Program-made: the position numbers and the translations under genes
Notes under the pieces: model-generated
What the model was told of the DNA's origin: nothing
The model's database searches: none
What the model saw: the letters and a program-made list of their open reading frames with translations, nothing else
Shown here: positions 18,837 to 20,000 of the stretch, piece by piece
Numbering within the stretch: position 1 is the first letter of the stretch
How the letters are laid out: each line of letters opens with the position of its first letter
Assembly: GCA_051942245.1 (NCBI GenBank)
Contig: JAVECL010000055.1
Coordinates: 49,538-69,537 of the forward strand
Length of the DNA: 20,000 bases
Origin: Trypethelium eluteriae
Lineage: Eukaryota
Direction: 5' to 3'

Positions 18837-20000
18837 TTAGTCAATCCTGTCCTCGTCGTCTCTCCGATGGATGTCCCCTAGCAAGACATCATCCGGTGCT
18901 GGCCCACGATTGTTCCGTACTGTACAGAATTTAGTGAAGTCTCCAACTAAATAGCAGCCTCGAGTTGCTTACGCCACTCCGCCTCCACTCTAAAGAAGAC
19001 CCACACCCAACGCCTGAACACCTCCAACACCTCGATTGTGAAAATACCTCCTTCCAGGTCATTGAAATGATCCAAGTGCGGAGAAAGCTTTAGACTCCAC
19101 GTGCACCTCAGCACGAGATCGAGGCCAATGACAAAGTAATAAAAGATTGGATTCCTGAAGTAGAGGATTCGGCGAAGGCCCCAAGCATGCTCTGGATCAC
19201 TGCGTTCATTCTCAGAAGAGAAGAGAGTGAGATCCCAATCCTTGGCGACATCCCAATAGAAGGAATACAACGAATTGAGGAAGACGGAGAAGACCCTGCC
19301 AATTCACACCACATCAGCACGAAATTTCCTAAGACAAACGTAGTATAAGCGAATTGAGGACCAAGACATCCGTACCACAGCCGATATAATCCCACCTCCC
19401 CAATCCAGTCACCCCTAGCCATCTTCTCTCTCTGCAGCGCACTCAATATTATAACCGGGAAGGCACTCGCATACTTCGCCGCATTCGCCAAATGCTGCCC
19501 GCCCCACCCCCTCGTCGGATCGTCCCCCATCTTACGATTTGACTCGCGCACCCTCAGAAACTCAATCAGACATTGCCGCAAGCGAATCACGCTCGGCACG
19601 GCAATGATCAAGGGGACGAGCACCCGCCCTCCGCACCCCCGATCCGGCATGCCCGTGCTGCTCTTCCCAGACGCGAAAAACATGCACAGCGCGACAAACA
19701 GATCGCCCAGCACCTTCGCGTACGACGTCAGCACATCCGCCATGAGGATGTCGCCGAACCTGCCATCCTGCGGCTCTGCGAGCCCCCCGACGGAGACGCG
19801 CTTGAGCACAGCGAGTGTGCGGTACCGCCCCGTGTGCGAGAGCTTGTAGGCGCCGTTGGAGAGGCTGCCGAGCCAGCGGAAGGAGCCGGTGGGTAGGACG
19901 AAGAGGATCAGGAGGAGCAGGAGGTAGCTCGCGGGGAGGAGCTCGTAGCGGAGGACGAGGGACGGGCTGAGCTGGGTGAGGGTCCAGAAGAGGAGGAGGG
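18837..20000 (-). CDS. ERD1: EXS-family membrane protein ERD1 (ER protein retention / Golgi phosphate recycling), 5' part outside the window; exons >20000-19376, 19295-18973, 18919-18837
   Basis: GRFGDILMADVLTSYAKV, RLRQCL, HLANAAKY, NSLYSFYWDVAKDWDL, DLVLRCTWSLKLS and LEVFRRWVWVFFRVEAEW are EXS/Erd1 motifs. Minus-strand introns 19296-19375 (GTACGG..GCTGAT..CAG) and 18920-18972 (GTAAGC..CACTAA..CAG) keep the frame to TAA at 18837-18839. Confidence 0.9.

Overview
Gene-dense region of a filamentous ascomycete (Pezizomycotina-like) nuclear genome, judged from short GT-AG introns with CTRAY branch points and fungal-type proteins. Seven protein-coding genes are supported. Six are on + : an NAD-type short-chain dehydrogenase (4 exons), a cytochrome P450 (2 exons), 20S proteasome subunit alpha7/PRE10 (3 exons), intronless ECM29 (1862 aa), an intronless UBA-UAS-UIM-UBX Cdc48 adaptor (UBX5/UBXN7-like), and an uncharacterised protein. 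The seventh is the 3' part of an ERD1/EXS-family gene on -. The main observations are (i) three consecutive co-oriented ubiquitin-proteasome genes, including the binding partners alpha7 and Ecm29, with Rpn4/PACE-like GGTGGC elements upstream of PRE10 and ECM29, and (ii) an upstream exon of the uncharacterised gene that, once spliced, creates an N-terminal CxxC-x18-CxxC zinc-ribbon-like motif the ORF track does not join to the main ORF. No tRNA, rRNA, transposon or CRISPR feature could be supported, and 1-1890 remains unassigned. All family assignments come from recognised motifs, not database searches.
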